64,000 nt of DNA from Balanoglossus misakiensis. Taxonomy: Eukaryota > Animalia > Hemichordata. The stretch's first letter is position 1. Each line of letters opens with the position of its first letter. The notes under the pieces were generated by a model. The model was not told the DNA's origin. It searched no databases and saw only the letters and a program-made list of their open reading frames with translations. The DNA is taken from positions 4,456,699 to 4,520,698 of the forward strand of contig CM082581.2 of NCBI GenBank assembly GCA_040954595.2, in the 5' to 3' direction. Both the position numbers and the translations under genes were made by a program. Of the stretch, positions 41,682-55,298 are shown piece by piece.

Positions 41682-41859
41682 GTATGTATGTATGTATGTA
41701 TGTATGTACAATGTATGTATGTATGTATGTATGTATGTATGTATGTATGTATGTATGTATGTATGTATGTATGTATGTATGTATGTATCTATGTATGTAT
41801 CTATGTATCTATGTATGTATCTTTGTATCTATGTATGTATCTACGTATGTATGTATCTA
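41631..41859. repeat. Compound microsatellite (TGTC)n-(TGTA)n-(TGTATCTA)-like
   Basis: TGTC units to about 41680, then TATG units that degrade into mixed TATC/TATG units. Confidence 0.97.
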
Positions 41860-42213
41860 GGGGAGGAGATGTTGTTATATGCATGAGCACAGGTTGTGGA
41901 ATGTTGGTAGGGGTGGGAAGTTTTGCATATCAACGCGTGGCTGCTGATATTAATGGACCGTCGGCCAGCCGTTTGTTGTGGAACCATTCATAAGCTGCTC
42001 ATCCTATGAAATATGGTATATGGTTAATTGAAATAATACATTTCTTTATATAAATCACTTGTCCATTAGTTGTTGTTTTTTCGCATTTCTTGCCCACGCA
42101 CTGACCTGATTCAATTTATTTGCATCATAAGACGCACATGTATTGTTAATCCGAAAGTGTGTTGATGGCATCCCTTATGTTCATAATCTAAAACTGCTCT
42201 ACCGTTTCAGATT

Positions 42214-42671
42214 ATGAGGTTATTACGAAAATACCGCAAAGTATGCACGAGAACATTAGCGCCAAGTATCGCCCGACGCGCAGCGGAGGGCGATGCGCTG
42301 CGCTAATGTCCGAGTGCATACTTTGCGGTATTTTCGTAATAACCTTATTATTATACATCTTACATCTCCGTTAGTTCTTGTGTTGCATGTTACTTGGCTT
42401 TCAAAACGCCAAAAATGCCGATACAATCGATCGAAAACCGCTCACTCGACTCAGTGAGCAGCCATCTTTGTTTTTTGTTTACGTGTGCGCACGTGCGTTG
42501 GAGTGGGGGCGCCTTGAAACCGTCCGCATAACAACGCATACCTGTACACGGTGAGTTGGGGCGCCTTGAAACCTAAAACTTATTTAACGCGTGTTCCGTA
42601 CGTATCGTTCCGTACGGCTTTTTATTGCACGCCAAAATCTATTGTTCTCGGCACTAGATGTATAATAATAA
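42214..42671. mobile_element. Hairpin-capped, IR-bounded non-autonomous element (copy 2, different sequence family, opposite orientation to copy 1)
   Basis: Hairpin 42217..42345 abuts a 16-bp perfect IR, TTATTATTATACATCT (42345..42360) / AGATGTATAATAATAA (42656..42671). Internal 21-bp direct repeat at 42501..42521 and 42553..42573. Confidence 0.65.
42217..42345 (+). repeat. Long imperfect palindrome / hairpin
   Basis: Perfect 32-bp arms AGGTTATTACGAAAATACCGCAAAGTATGCAC (42217..42248) and its reverse complement (42314..42345). Inner stems CATTAGCGC/GCGCTAATG and ATCGCCC/GGGCGAT. The tip is GA-CGC-GCA-GCG-GA. Confidence 0.92.
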
Positions 42672-45600
42672 TAAGTATGCCGCACATATTGGGGATTAAT
42701 GTGCTTTCTGGTGTATGGAACAGATAACAGAATATTGTCGCGTGAAGGTTATGAATATTTGGTATACAGAACTTGACTAAGTTAGATAAGCCGTTATCAA
42801 ATTACATGTAAGATCAACCTAACGTTTCAGTACTGTATTGATGTGCATTATACCGAAAATGATTTTCGTGAACAATCTCAGGGTTAAGGCAGAATAACCT
42901 GTACGTTATAAGGTATCTGTAAATACTCAACATGTATTACACGGCCGGTCGATCAGAAAGCTAATCTCGTGGTGATTATGGATACCCACAATGCAATACA
43001 AAAGGTCGCTGGGGGAGGGGACGGTGTATCTTTCATACCTTGCAGACCAGTTTTATCGCGCTTGACGTCAGCTAATTCTGGCCTTATCATACATGTCATA
43101 TATTTCATATAATTAATTACCCTTGTTAAGTGACACCCGCATTTGTCCTAATGTCGTTAGATAAGTGTTGTTTTACAGTATGAAATAAAATGTACAAAAC
43201 TGTTGTAAGTATATCCCGCGTTGGCTTTGTTCTATTTGTGTCTCGCAAAGTCATACTTACGATCACATAAAATGTTAAGTGGTGTAATGTAGAGCGTTGT
43301 GGACGTCTGAGTCATAACTGATGACGTTCAGTTCAGATGGATTTGCTTTCTCTATTCGCATAATCGGATATTGTTCTAACCTCAAACATGCCGACTCACA
43401 CATGCAACATACATGTATACATGTATAGGAAAACCAGCCGCACAGCCCATACAGCGACAGCAGGGGTATAAAACATTAACCCGACATAGTCTAGTCGCAC
43501 CGCTTCTCCAATCCTTTCTATTTTCAGCAAGCCATGACGTCACGCTGTGGAAACCATAGCTTGAACGTCTACCAATTTTCTATAATTAGGTTCGTCATCG
43601 ACGTCATTCTATCCAGCGACTTGCGGCCATCACCCCGAGGCGACGCTTAAACGCCGATCACCTTCAATGCAGCTGACAGAGCGTATATGACTACAATCGG
43701 ATTAATATGTTAAACAAACCTGAAGAGTAGTGACAATAACCATTCGTGAAATATGTCAAACGGTTATACAAACATATGAAATAGACGATTTCCACTCTTT
43801 GCGAGATCTCGCGAGACTTGGTAAATAACCGTAGCAACGGGTCGCCAGCCGATCCAAGTTTTGTATGAGACTAGAATATGTGCAGATTGCAAAAATTGCA
43901 ATTTTTGTGGCCGTTTTGCGTTTAACGTGCGTTGTTTGTCCTGTGTCTGATTACATGCTAATGTTATCATGGGACAATCACCGATTTACCATTACATTCA
44001 AACGAAAAACATTACTGATGTAAGTTCATTCTGGCCTTGGACATGTTCTTTGAGATGGTTTTAGAAGATGTGACCTTATAACTTCCTTTTCAGATCAACG
44101 AAATCCCACTCGGCAATAGCATCAGCTCCAAGACATATAGTGCGATTCTGTTACACACGCGTAACATGGTAAATGTTTTACTGAACATGTACTGCCCGTA
44201 CAGTCTAGGACAATATATTCTGCTGCGAGAAAGTTCTAATATTGACGCGGACATCGTGGCCTCAGGAATTTTTGTTAATGGAATAAACGTCTGTATAGCT
44301 TCGCATTTCGATAGTCATATTAATTCATTACATCGAGTAATACTTCCGTCAAGAGGGTCGTGGTAATCTTATATTTTAGCTCTCCTTCGAACTCGTATAC
44401 ACACATACACACAAACACGCGTCGCATTAGTTATAGGACAGAACAGTCGTCGGATATTAATGACAGGTGCATTCGCAATTCGTGCAATTTAAATGGTAGC
44501 ATTCATCTCCGTCGTAAGTACGTTGGCTACACACGAGGTCGGCAATCCACCGGGATAACGTCAGTTGAATAAGGAAAGTTACCCGTATATGCCTGCACTG
44601 GAATTTTCTTTGCATCGTGTCAAAGCTTTTTCACAAAATTTCATTAGTCTGGATCCATGTATAGTTACACCTCGAACAATGTGGTCGGTGTCCCTATTGA
44701 CAAATTCATTTCAACCTAACATTACTGAGTTTAATATGTCTTCCTCGTGGGCTCTTTAAAGCTGTCTTTCTGGCGTAGTAAAGATGGCGTCAGTCGTTGC
44801 GTGAAGTCCCTCACTTTGTCAAATTAGATACGGCATTTATTCTTCTAGGACGAACGCCGCGTTTCAATTTCCATGAGCATACGTGTCGTCCAGAGACAAG
44901 GGGTTGCCAATCAATATTAGAAACCTTTAGTACTATTCAGCACCCACCGTCTTTCTCCAATGCGTCTGAAAATAATCAAGTCATATGCTTTTCAATACTT
45001 TCTTATGCGACCACATGATTGAATCTGACAGTTTCGACAGTGTGCACGCAGTTTTCTTCCGTACAAAATGAAAATTATGAAATCTTAGTCACACCGACTT
45101 TACATTAATTAATACTGTGTGTTTGTTAAGTTTGTGTTGTTGTTTGCGTGTTTTATATCAGTGCGTCGTTAGTATTTGTCTGCTGTACGTGAGTGAAACA
45201 TTCCTCCACATATTTCATCCAGACCCCCCTTGACACGCAGTCTCACTAAAGGAACACGTAGTCAACACGTGGCAATTACATGTCACCACGCGGACATTTA
45301 CCGCACATGTGCTTTTGTCAAAAGACGACAGCCGTGACAAAATTGGTGGAATTGTCACGATTTGCGCGTAACTTGTCCGTCGTAATGATAATTCACGGTC
45401 GTCGAATCTGTGAGGGTCAGGTATGAGCAACATTTCAGCGGCATTACGTTTCTATCACCGGTCGGCTTCTCGTACTTTCCAGCATCTTAAAAGCTAACAC
45501 GCCGATTGCTTTTAAGTTTACCGTGAAAGTACCTGTTGCGGAGTGATAGCGGTTTTACGAAACTCAAGACGGAAATTCGCGGTGTTAAAGCGTCCTCTTG

Positions 45601-45795
45601 TAGTCACGCGAGTTCATTAAATCTGCGCGCTAATAGACCACCATTCTCTGATAAGAATGTACTTGTGAAATGTTGTAGAAGGCCGCCATGGAAAAACACA
45701 GTCATTAAAGTAGTGGCCTAACCGGTTCCCTGTGACGATTAGTACAGTACAGTACAGTGCCGAGAAAACGTCGATGAATACATTCAAGTTTATAT

Positions 45796-45811
45796 CCCCC
45801 CCCCCCCCCCC
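45796..45811. repeat. Poly-C mononucleotide run (C16)
   Basis: Direct reading. Confidence 0.9.
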
Positions 45812-46621
45812 TGCTTCCATGCCGCGGGGTTGGGGGCGCAGGAGGAAGGAGGTTCAATTCAGTGATAAATGAATATAAAATATTTACACATAGCAACACA
45901 CGGTTAGCAGTGGCATAGAATATACCCTAGACGTACATGTATGTAGTATGTAACAAGAACCAGAATAGTCAGAATTTATGAATGGTAGTTTGAAATTATA
46001 AACCAACACGTATCTGGATACTGAAACCGACAGGTGGCGATTCCCTTCGCGCGCGAAATGTAAATACCGAACCTGACAAGGGAATACCAACGCTCACAAC
46101 TCCACTGGGTGTGGGTGAACAGTTCAACTTGTTACAGTAATTTTGGTACCGTGGATAACTGAACTGCAAAGTCATGAGAGATTGTCATGGTACTTTATTA
46201 CATCGAGGTGATATTGCAATGCGTTCCAGCGGTGTTATCGCTGCGGATAAAACGATGTGGTTTAATAATTAAGACACGGCAGTTTCACTGCAAGATGTGA
46301 CTGTATCGTCACGTGACTGCGCCTCAGAATCAGATCATACGTATTTTCGCAACGTACACTTATCCGAGCAATAAATGTTTGACGATAAACAAGATGCTCT
46401 CACAGCGTGTCAATAAAGTTGCACTTCAGTTGACAAAATCATGACAACGTTAACAACGCGGGGCGAACTTACAGGAGGTGGCTATAAATTTTATATTACG
46501 AAGTGTAACTACACACATTGAACTCCGACTCACGGTGATCCGTTTTCGTTTAGTCGTTTCGGTTATGACTTTAAAAAGCGACCGCTTTCTTTGAATGCAA
46601 ATGCATAGAAACAGACAACTG

Positions 46622-46650
46622 CCCCCCCCCCCCCCCACACACACACACAC
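46622..46650. repeat. C15 run followed by (AC)7
   Basis: Direct reading. Confidence 0.9.
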
Positions 46651-48220
46651 TTTACGGTCAAAAATTTACATTCTTGTAAATGAACGTTGGGCAAAGCAAT
46701 TCAGCAACAAGACGCGGCATAACTAAACAAAAAGAACGCGCTTTGTGACATGACGTCGACCGAGACGTGTCACTGTAGGAACACCTGTCACCTGACCTGG
46801 ATCCATAAAAACCAGCAGAGACGTTTCTCTCCGCGTTATAGTTTTCATAATGGAAATCCTTCCCCAGTTTTTCTGACATGTTCTAGCGCTCACCCCAGCA
46901 ATAAAAGTGACTGGTATTCATCCACTCGCAGAGAAAACTGACAGGTGCATCAAGCACCGTGTGTCGGGTCACGTTTCTCATAATGCGTGGAATTCCTTGA
47001 CTTTCACTGAGAATCTCTGTACATAAACTGCAGCATTACCTCAAAGTGCAACGGTGGCAAAAGATATCCGTTTGGGAGTTTTATTTGTTTTTACGCTGCC
47101 ACAGGAAAGGTTAACTTTGGCTACAGCTATATTCACTCAGTGACACCCACTTTGCTTCTCAATAAACTTGGTTTTAAACATTCCTTAGCATAATTTTCGA
47201 ACAAAACAATTTCACTGTGTGTTCGCGGTAAATGGATCAGTGTAAGTAAATGTAAGGATATACAAAATAAGCTTGGTCCATGGGTGCTAAGAAAGAGACG
47301 GAGTGACCATTTGATTATATTTCCAACCAAACAGAAGTTTTCTATAATCGTTGATTTCCCTTCATGATCCCAAAGCTTAAACAAGGTAGCTGTCAACACC
47401 AAGAAGTGACCTCATATTCCATCTGCCTCGACAATTCACCCCCTGAAACAAAGTACAACAAACAAGAGTTTGCTTAAAACAGATATGAATTCGCTTAGTG
47501 CAATGAAATCATAGTTGTTGAGCGGAACGTTGGACTTTGAAGTCATGAGTCGTCAGTCATGAAATCCGGGACAAGCTGACAGTCACACCAAATCTCTAAT
47601 ATCTTTTTGTGCCATTCTGCCGCGTCTGGTTTCCTAGCAACCGTGTTAATTTTTTTCAGGGCACGTGTAGTCGATCATGCTAATTACAATAGTCATATTT
47701 TTAAAAATATAAGTAAAAGAAGAGGAATTGTATTTCAATCCAACATTCCAGACGTACTTCAAATGGTGACATTGTACTACTGCGTTTGACCTCTCTGGAA
47801 AGGCCAGAAGTTGAAAGCATGGCTCAATGATGGTGTAAATCAAACGAGCACGTGTAAACAAGTTGAAGACGACGCCGCCCAGTGGGTGTGAGTCCCTGAA
47901 CCAACTGTTGGCAGGTCAAGTCGGGTCACATCAAAGTTGTACAGTTCAACTTGTTCTGCTTGCAAGGGTAAATGGTCCTATGAAAACCCACATGCACAGA
48001 CGCACACACTTTTAAATGTAAACCGCTTTTTTGTGGGTCTTATGTGTTTGTAAAACCACATAATTTAGTATGACCACAAATATTTCAGGGATTTTATCGG
48101 GGGTAAGAGTTTTAAGGACCTTTTAGATTGTTTTTGCTTATCATTTCCCCCGACAAATAGAGCTATCTTTGCCACGCGACTTAGTAGATGAGTTACAAGT
48201 CATAAACATCGTCCCATCCC

Positions 48221-48360
48221 AACACAACACAACACAACACAACACAACACAACACAACACAACACAACACAACACAACACAACACAACACAACACAACAC
48301 AACACAACACAACACAACACAACAAAACAAAACAAAACAAAACACAACACAATAAAACAC
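48221..48360. repeat. Pentanucleotide microsatellite (AACAC)n grading into (AACAA)n
   Basis: Twenty AACAC units at 48221..48320, then AACAA/AATAA variants. Confidence 0.97.
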
Positions 48361-50244
48361 AATGTAAAATATAAAATCACATACGGTAGTAATTTTTTTG
48401 TCAGAGATGACTTTCTTTGTGTTTTGAATCGTCCTTTGTCAGCATCCGGTGTCAATGAACATGCAATATGTGTTCGGAATAAACACAAGGTTTGACGCAG
48501 TAGGTCTGTTTTAATGATCCACTCAAGTCATACAGAGAATGTGCATTGCCCGCATAGCTAAGCGACAATTTTATGCATAGTGGATGTCCATTTTACAATG
48601 TAGTGCGCTATTTGACCAGTGTAATATATCTAGAGAGCTGAAGTTAACATACCATGGAAAATCAAGTATCTAATATTATTTTTCTGGATTAACTTGTCAA
48701 AGGTCATTGAATTTGTAGCTTTACCAATGGCGTTGGTTGTATGTCTTTCTTCATCTCTAAAAGTGAGCGCGCTTTAAACCAAATGGTTTATATTGCCTAT
48801 ATCACAATCCAGCCATCGTTTACAGTGACAGTTTGTTTACTATTCCTAACACAATCGCCCGCCTATTAAGATGTTAACTTATATTGCCGAAGCAATGTGT
48901 TTATCCCAGAGAAATATCTATGTCATGGTTTTAGTGAGTTGTTTTCGTGATTTCACCTGCACGAGGCAATGAACTTTCTGTATGTCCTGTTTAAGTATAC
49001 GCTTGGGCGGGCTTAGAATACCAATGGGGGTATAGCCTATAGTTGAGACGTGTCATTTCCTGGCGTGGCGTGTGTTTCTATCCGATGATATTGGGAATCA
49101 GTCAGATATTTTAACAAACAGGATACGCTGGAGCGGATAACATAATGACAGGTAAACGGCTGACAGTCTGCCCTTTCGATGATATTCGATTCCGAGACAA
49201 GTGTAAGTGCGAATGATAATTTGGAGTGTAGATTACATGTGGTGGCACGTGTTTACAGCCTTTTGTTTCGTCTGCCTCTTGTAAAAAAAGGCAAAACAAC
49301 ACACATCTGCCGTCTGAATTACTGGCTGCCTCGTCTACAGAGCAATATCCCCCGTTGTAACATCGATTCGTTAGATTCCGCTCGACTTCACTCGGCTCGA
49401 TGCCATTTTCGTTTCTCAACAAAGTCGCATAGCGTGAAACACTGGGTCCCAATAACCACCAGACATATATAGGTTAACGGAACTGGTTAAGGCATTTACC
49501 ACGTGTCACTTGATCTTCTAAGACCCCGTATACAACGCCGCCTGAGTGCACAAGGTTTTTTAAGTGTTAATATCGCCAACAGTCACGCATGCGTTCATGT
49601 CTAACTCTTGCGGCTTGTCGAGTGGAGAACCTGATTCGAATGGTAATAAATACCCAGCTCCATACCTACTTTATCACGCGCGACTTCGTTCAAGTTTGCG
49701 AGACTCTATTACATTCCTGTAACAATATACATGTCCATGATACATGAATGCGCACACACGTTCCTTAAAGTGAAATATGAAGAGCGCAATAATTGAACGT
49801 TTTACTGACAGTGATATGAACCAGGAATGGCTGATAGGGGGAAAATGTAAGCGGGAGATCCAACCTCTGCCCCGTTAATTGAAAATCGTGCGTGCGCACG
49901 CTCTCTCACATTGCAGTTGTGCTAAAACGACCAGTACCTGTATCTCCGCGATTATCAATATATAGTCTCCTCCGTTGAGTTATATCATTTTACTACTATA
50001 TAGAATTCTTTATGTGCTGTGAAGATTAACAATAGTAAGTAAGTCGGTACGGATGTGGTGAAATTTGACAGTTGAATATAGGAGTCATGTTTTCTTTAAA
50101 TCGTCAAAAGCCCATGTTGTTTTGTGATATTCTTCCGCAAAATATGTCATAGATGCATGCCTACTTCAAATTGCATCTTTCTAAAGAACTAAACGTTTCT
50201 TTGACTTACTCTGGTGGTGGATGCAGAAGGTTCACTGTATTATA

Positions 50245-50341
50245 TTGTTGTTGTTGTTGTTGTTGTTGTTGCTGTTGTTGTTGGTCGTGGTGGTGGTGGT
50301 GGTGGTGGTGGTGGTGGTGGTGGTGGTGGTGGTGGTGGTGT
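50245..50341. repeat. Compound trinucleotide microsatellite (TTG)n-(GTG)n
   Basis: Direct reading; explains the poly-Cys/poly-Trp ORF. Confidence 0.97.
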
Positions 50342-53212
50342 AAGAAAAGGGGGTTAGTCAAAAAAGCAAATTGAAGGCAAACAGACGAAACTCCCGGAAA
50401 CAGCTAATTTTTGACATCGAAGAATACTGAGAGCATCATTGGCCGAGAAATTAAGCTTGGTCGGAAAACAATTAACGCCCTTAACAGAAGAATATACACA
50501 GACCATAAGAAAGGTGTCAATAGACCTAACAAAGTTCAATCACTCATGATATATTGTGCGGTCGGCCCTTGCAATAAAAAACAGAATCCCATTCCAACCG
50601 TCTAAGATATTACTGCTAATTAGGTGACTGGCTGCGAAAACGGGTCACTCGTTATATACTCTGACGAAGAGAAAAGCGAAGTGAATTTATAGCTTCGCGC
50701 AAACGGGTTAATGGCCTAGCACCACAACCAGGCAATGGTCGGCGCAGCAAGGTTGAAAGGAGATACGGACGTAAAAGCTGCTTTCAACAATTCTCTAACA
50801 TCGTTGAGTGAAGGAACATGTGTTGCACGCGATGTAATATTCGCCACAGAAATTCAGATATGTTGGTGACATTTGGTGCGTAGAGTAAGTCGACACACGT
50901 GGTTAAACAAATAAGTTGATATCTAGGTATACTTCCGTACATTTCCGCGTTGATGACGTTAATAATACCAGTAATCTATGTAACATGAGCGCACACACAC
51001 ACAAAGAATTAGTCTAAACAAACTGTGGTTCGATAACATGTTTCTCTAAAGTAAAGTGGGTACGTCGGGGAAAATATAACATTAGTAGTAGTATTAGCTG
51101 TAATGTTAGTTGCAGATCTAGAAGAAGAAAAAACATTTATGTAATATTTATCATGTAATGTAGATTCGCGCAAGAACGCGACCAGAGTCCCAATGCACTG
51201 TATGTATACACGGTAAACGTTGCAAAATTGCTTATAGCGGACTGCAGGGAATCGGCCCATAATACTGGTAATGTGTTTGGATGGTCTGAGCCAGTGAGCA
51301 TTTTGCGAAATTTGTTTTGTGAAGGAGGCAACTTGCGATGCACCGACAACTGAGATATACTGGTTATCTTCTGCTGCGTGGTAACCACAGTTGTTTGACT
51401 TCATGTTCCTCAAACGCGATTTCATTGTTACGGAGAAGACAAATCGGAATTGTGCGTGCGTTGATGAAATCCATTTGTTCGTAACAGTAGTCATTTAAGT
51501 GTGTATGTTAATGCACAACAACCATGCCAGGTATAGGCTAGTATGGCCCGAAGAAAGATAATTCCTTATTCAGGTACACGTATTAGGAAACATTTAAAAG
51601 AAACTAAAAGTAAAACTGTGAATACCTTTGGTTCATCATCATTTGTCTTACATTTATCCAAAAATTAAATGTAACTCTGAACAGTTCTTATATAACTAAA
51701 AGAAACGATCGGATGTACACCTTATACTCGCCAGGTCCATTTTCTTTTACTGTTTGTTTTATAATTTAATTATTCTTCTACGTTTATTCGGCTCCAGAAA
51801 TTTAGTATCGTTCCAAAAATCTGTGTAGATCAGGGTTTCGGCACGATTTATGCAAATTTTTTGTGTCACATGCCACAGTGTACGGCTCACAGATGTATGC
51901 CAACTCAACCGCTGAAATGAATAAGCGATCACGTGGTGCGATGTTTTCCTAATGGAACCCACCTCCACGAGAACGGACCACGTTCGTAATCTGTTGTGTC
52001 ATCAATGTAATATAATAAGCAATATAATATTTAGAATTGATGGACAGATGTGTTTTGGTAGGATGGTACATATCTGCAGCATCAGCCCCGTTCGTTGATT
52101 CTCTATGAATAGATTCCAGCTGCCACACGTGTTTAATAAACTGCCATATATTTTACAGGGCGCTTTGTTTTGATTCAAAATCGTCATTTGGCGTGCATAG
52201 TAACAGATGGGTGGTAATGGTCATTTGGGTTATTCCGACCCACGTTGCGCAAATCAAGATTTCGAGTGCTGTATTGACTATTGTCTATAATACATACTTT
52301 AATGGTTTACATAATGCGCGTTTCAAAATACTACAGGCAAGTCAAATTGTACATTTTAACTGAACAGAGAGGCTTAGACAGTATTGCCACAGAGCCCCTA
52401 TGCATCACTAATTGAAGTATAGCGTGCCAAGGGAAAATTCTTCCCTATGATTTACGTAAGATTGGCTTGGCATGCCTGTCAGTTTAATCCCATGATGTAT
52501 GCGGAGAAAGCACTTTCACGTTCGGAAATGAAATCATGAAGTTATATCTAGTGTTTTATCATCAGAGCTGGGAATAGAATTGCACGTCAGTATTTGGCTC
52601 TATAAGGACACAATTAACCTGCACATTTTGCGGCATTAACGAGTGCTCAAGCAGCCACAACTTTTAATTGTGACCCGATGACTTCGATTATCTCATATTA
52701 TGAGAGACGATTTCGATTTGTCGATTAGCAAATAGCCGTGCTTTATATCGCTTGTACTTTCTGGTCATCAGATTGCCTCGATATTCAACGTCGTCTGTTA
52801 TTTCAACAGTCCAACAATCAACTTTGATAGCTTCTTCCGCCCAACTTTGCTGGCGCCTAAATGTTAGCAGGGTTAACATTATGTCGTTAGAGCTGGCGGT
52901 CTTAATGCCTCTGCAATCAAACTAACTCGCTTCCAGTACAATTACAATGAAATGAGGTTGAGATGAAGGACTCCTCGGACCTTTCCACTTTGTTCTTTAG
53001 CGAGGGGAGAGATTACTTATTTGCATTTGGTCGCTTTCACTCTCAGATTGTACGACTTAATTTATCACCTGAAATGATGTCAGAATTTCCTTGGCATGTG
53101 AAGATAACGGCTGCCAATACTGACTGACGTCTTAGCAGATAAACATGTTAATTTGTGAAGATGCAGGGATATTATGACATCATTGTCAAACTCATCAAAC
53201 AGCATTGATAAC

Positions 53213-53385
53213 GTATGTATGTATGTATGTATGTATGTATGTATGTATGTATGTATGTATGTATGTATGTATGTATGTATGTATGTATGTATGTATGTAT
53301 GTATGTATGTATGTATGTATGTATGTATGTATGTATGTATCTATGTATCTATGTATCTATGTATCTATGTATCTATGTATCTATG
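53213..53385. repeat. Microsatellite (GTAT)32 followed by (CTATGTAT)5
   Basis: Direct reading. Confidence 0.97.
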
Positions 53386-55200
53386 AACTGTCAATATGGT
53401 GATGCATGGCATCATTAAAGGGGTTTAAAATCAACAAATTGAAGGAGAAGATGTTTCAAAAGGACACTCCATTATACAAAGGCTAATATGTAAAGGGATG
53501 GCATACGCCATAAGGTTTCCATGTCGGTTGTTTTATGTGGTAGCCTCCTCCACATAAAGGGCTGGTGGATGGACAGACTATAACAGTACTAGCATGCAAT
53601 AAAAACTACATGTATGCAGTAATTACTGGGGTATCATGTTGAAGAGAGCACCTCACGTGAAAGACTGGTATCGACATCGACAATTGTATCAATGATATAC
53701 CTGTTTCATATATATTATATGATAACAGTAATGACCTTGACGTCAAACACAATTATAAGAGAAAAGAAATTCAGTTTCTTTTTTTTTATATACTGTCAAA
53801 GTATACATCACTGTGATATTTTTTAATAATTTATAAATTTGCCAATAAGCGTGGGTCGTTAATGTATATCCGGTGCACACTGGAACCCATAATTTAAACA
53901 TTACAATTTACACTTAATGGGAACTAGCTGTCAATTACTAGCATTTTGAATTTCTCTAAGGAAGTTAGACAGTCATGAACACCAGTGTGTGTAATTGCAG
54001 CAGATGCATTGGCATTAATATCAAAGCCTGCACTATGCACGGAGAAATGTGTATATCGTCTGCTACCGCTCGCTCAGTGTTAGATACTCGCATCTCACCA
54101 TCTCTGTCAATTATAATCAAGTAATTTGCGAAGTCTACATTTCATCTGCTGTCATGTCAATTAAAAAGTATATATACACAAATGTGCCGCGGAGGATGAT
54201 TCATACAGAGACTTGTTAATCCAAATAGTTTTACAGGCTTGACTCGACGCATGCCAACTTTACCCTTTTCGCAACTCTTTTTATCTCTCTTTCTAAGGTT
54301 TTTTCAAGCAAAGATTACGAATTTGAATGGAGCCAAGCGAGCTTGCATTTTGCTTTTTTAGTCCTTCTGTGTATTGCTCTCGCCGGAAGGAAAGTGGGTA
54401 GACGTGAAGTGAATATTTCCATAGTGAGATGAAATTGACAAGAGAGCTGTAGTTATAATCAGGCGTGTTATGCAGAAACAAGTACAATCGAAACCATAAT
54501 GCAATGTCTGAAAAGAAATTCTGAAAATGTATTCATTGCTGAAGCACTGGGGCGTTTATTTTAGCATTTCATGTGTCAACGCACTTTACATCAATAGAAC
54601 TTGACAATAGGCGAGGAATAATTCACATTTGGTGTATATTTCCATAAGAACACAAATGTTTTTTTTTTCTATTTCAGAATGAATTGTATTGTCAGTTGAC
54701 GGTATGCTACAGTGTAGTCAACTCATCCTGAATTGACTGGTGTTATTTTTGTGGATTTAGGGTTAAGCATCAAACTCGCCAGATATGTTTTTTTTTAAAT
54801 TTGTTTTCAACATTAACGCTTTTATTGCACAGTGTAGTTTACCATAATTTTGGTTCATGAAGTGTGTATAACGAAGAGAGAAAATTACATAACGGTAAGG
54901 GTGTCTTAACAATTTGTTGTAAAACGTGTCTGTATAGGCAAGTGTCAATTCAAGACAGCAATCTGTTCCAAAAAAGTAAAGTTTTCAATTTCATCGACAG
55001 AGGAATTCTTGCTCTTAACACTAACGACAGTCTGGACATGGCATCGCGGATCAATTGATTTTTGAGACGTAATGTGGTCAGATGTTTGGGGACAACCCTA
55101 AGCGTGCATGACACGAACATAGATTCCGTTCAGCAATTGAAGTAAGAAAGTTAAACCCATTGCTCCAGGAATGCTTACACGTACATAAATGGGCAGATAT

Positions 55201-55298
55201 GTTGCCATGGTTACATGCAGGCACACGCGAAGCGATCGGTCGCATCGCCCATGCGTGACGGTCTCGCTCTTTCGGAAAGAATGCAGTTGCTAAGCAAC
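55201..55298. promoter_or_regulatory. Pair of RFX X-box-like palindromes
   Basis: GTTGCCATGGTTAC (55201..55214) and GTTGCTAAGCAAC (55286..55298). Confidence 0.35.

Noticed and set aside
37333-53418. ORFs with FIHS, MYVC, HNTTQ, poly-Cys/Trp and Pro/Ser/Leu repeats
   Set aside because: They are translations of microsatellites and the purine tract.
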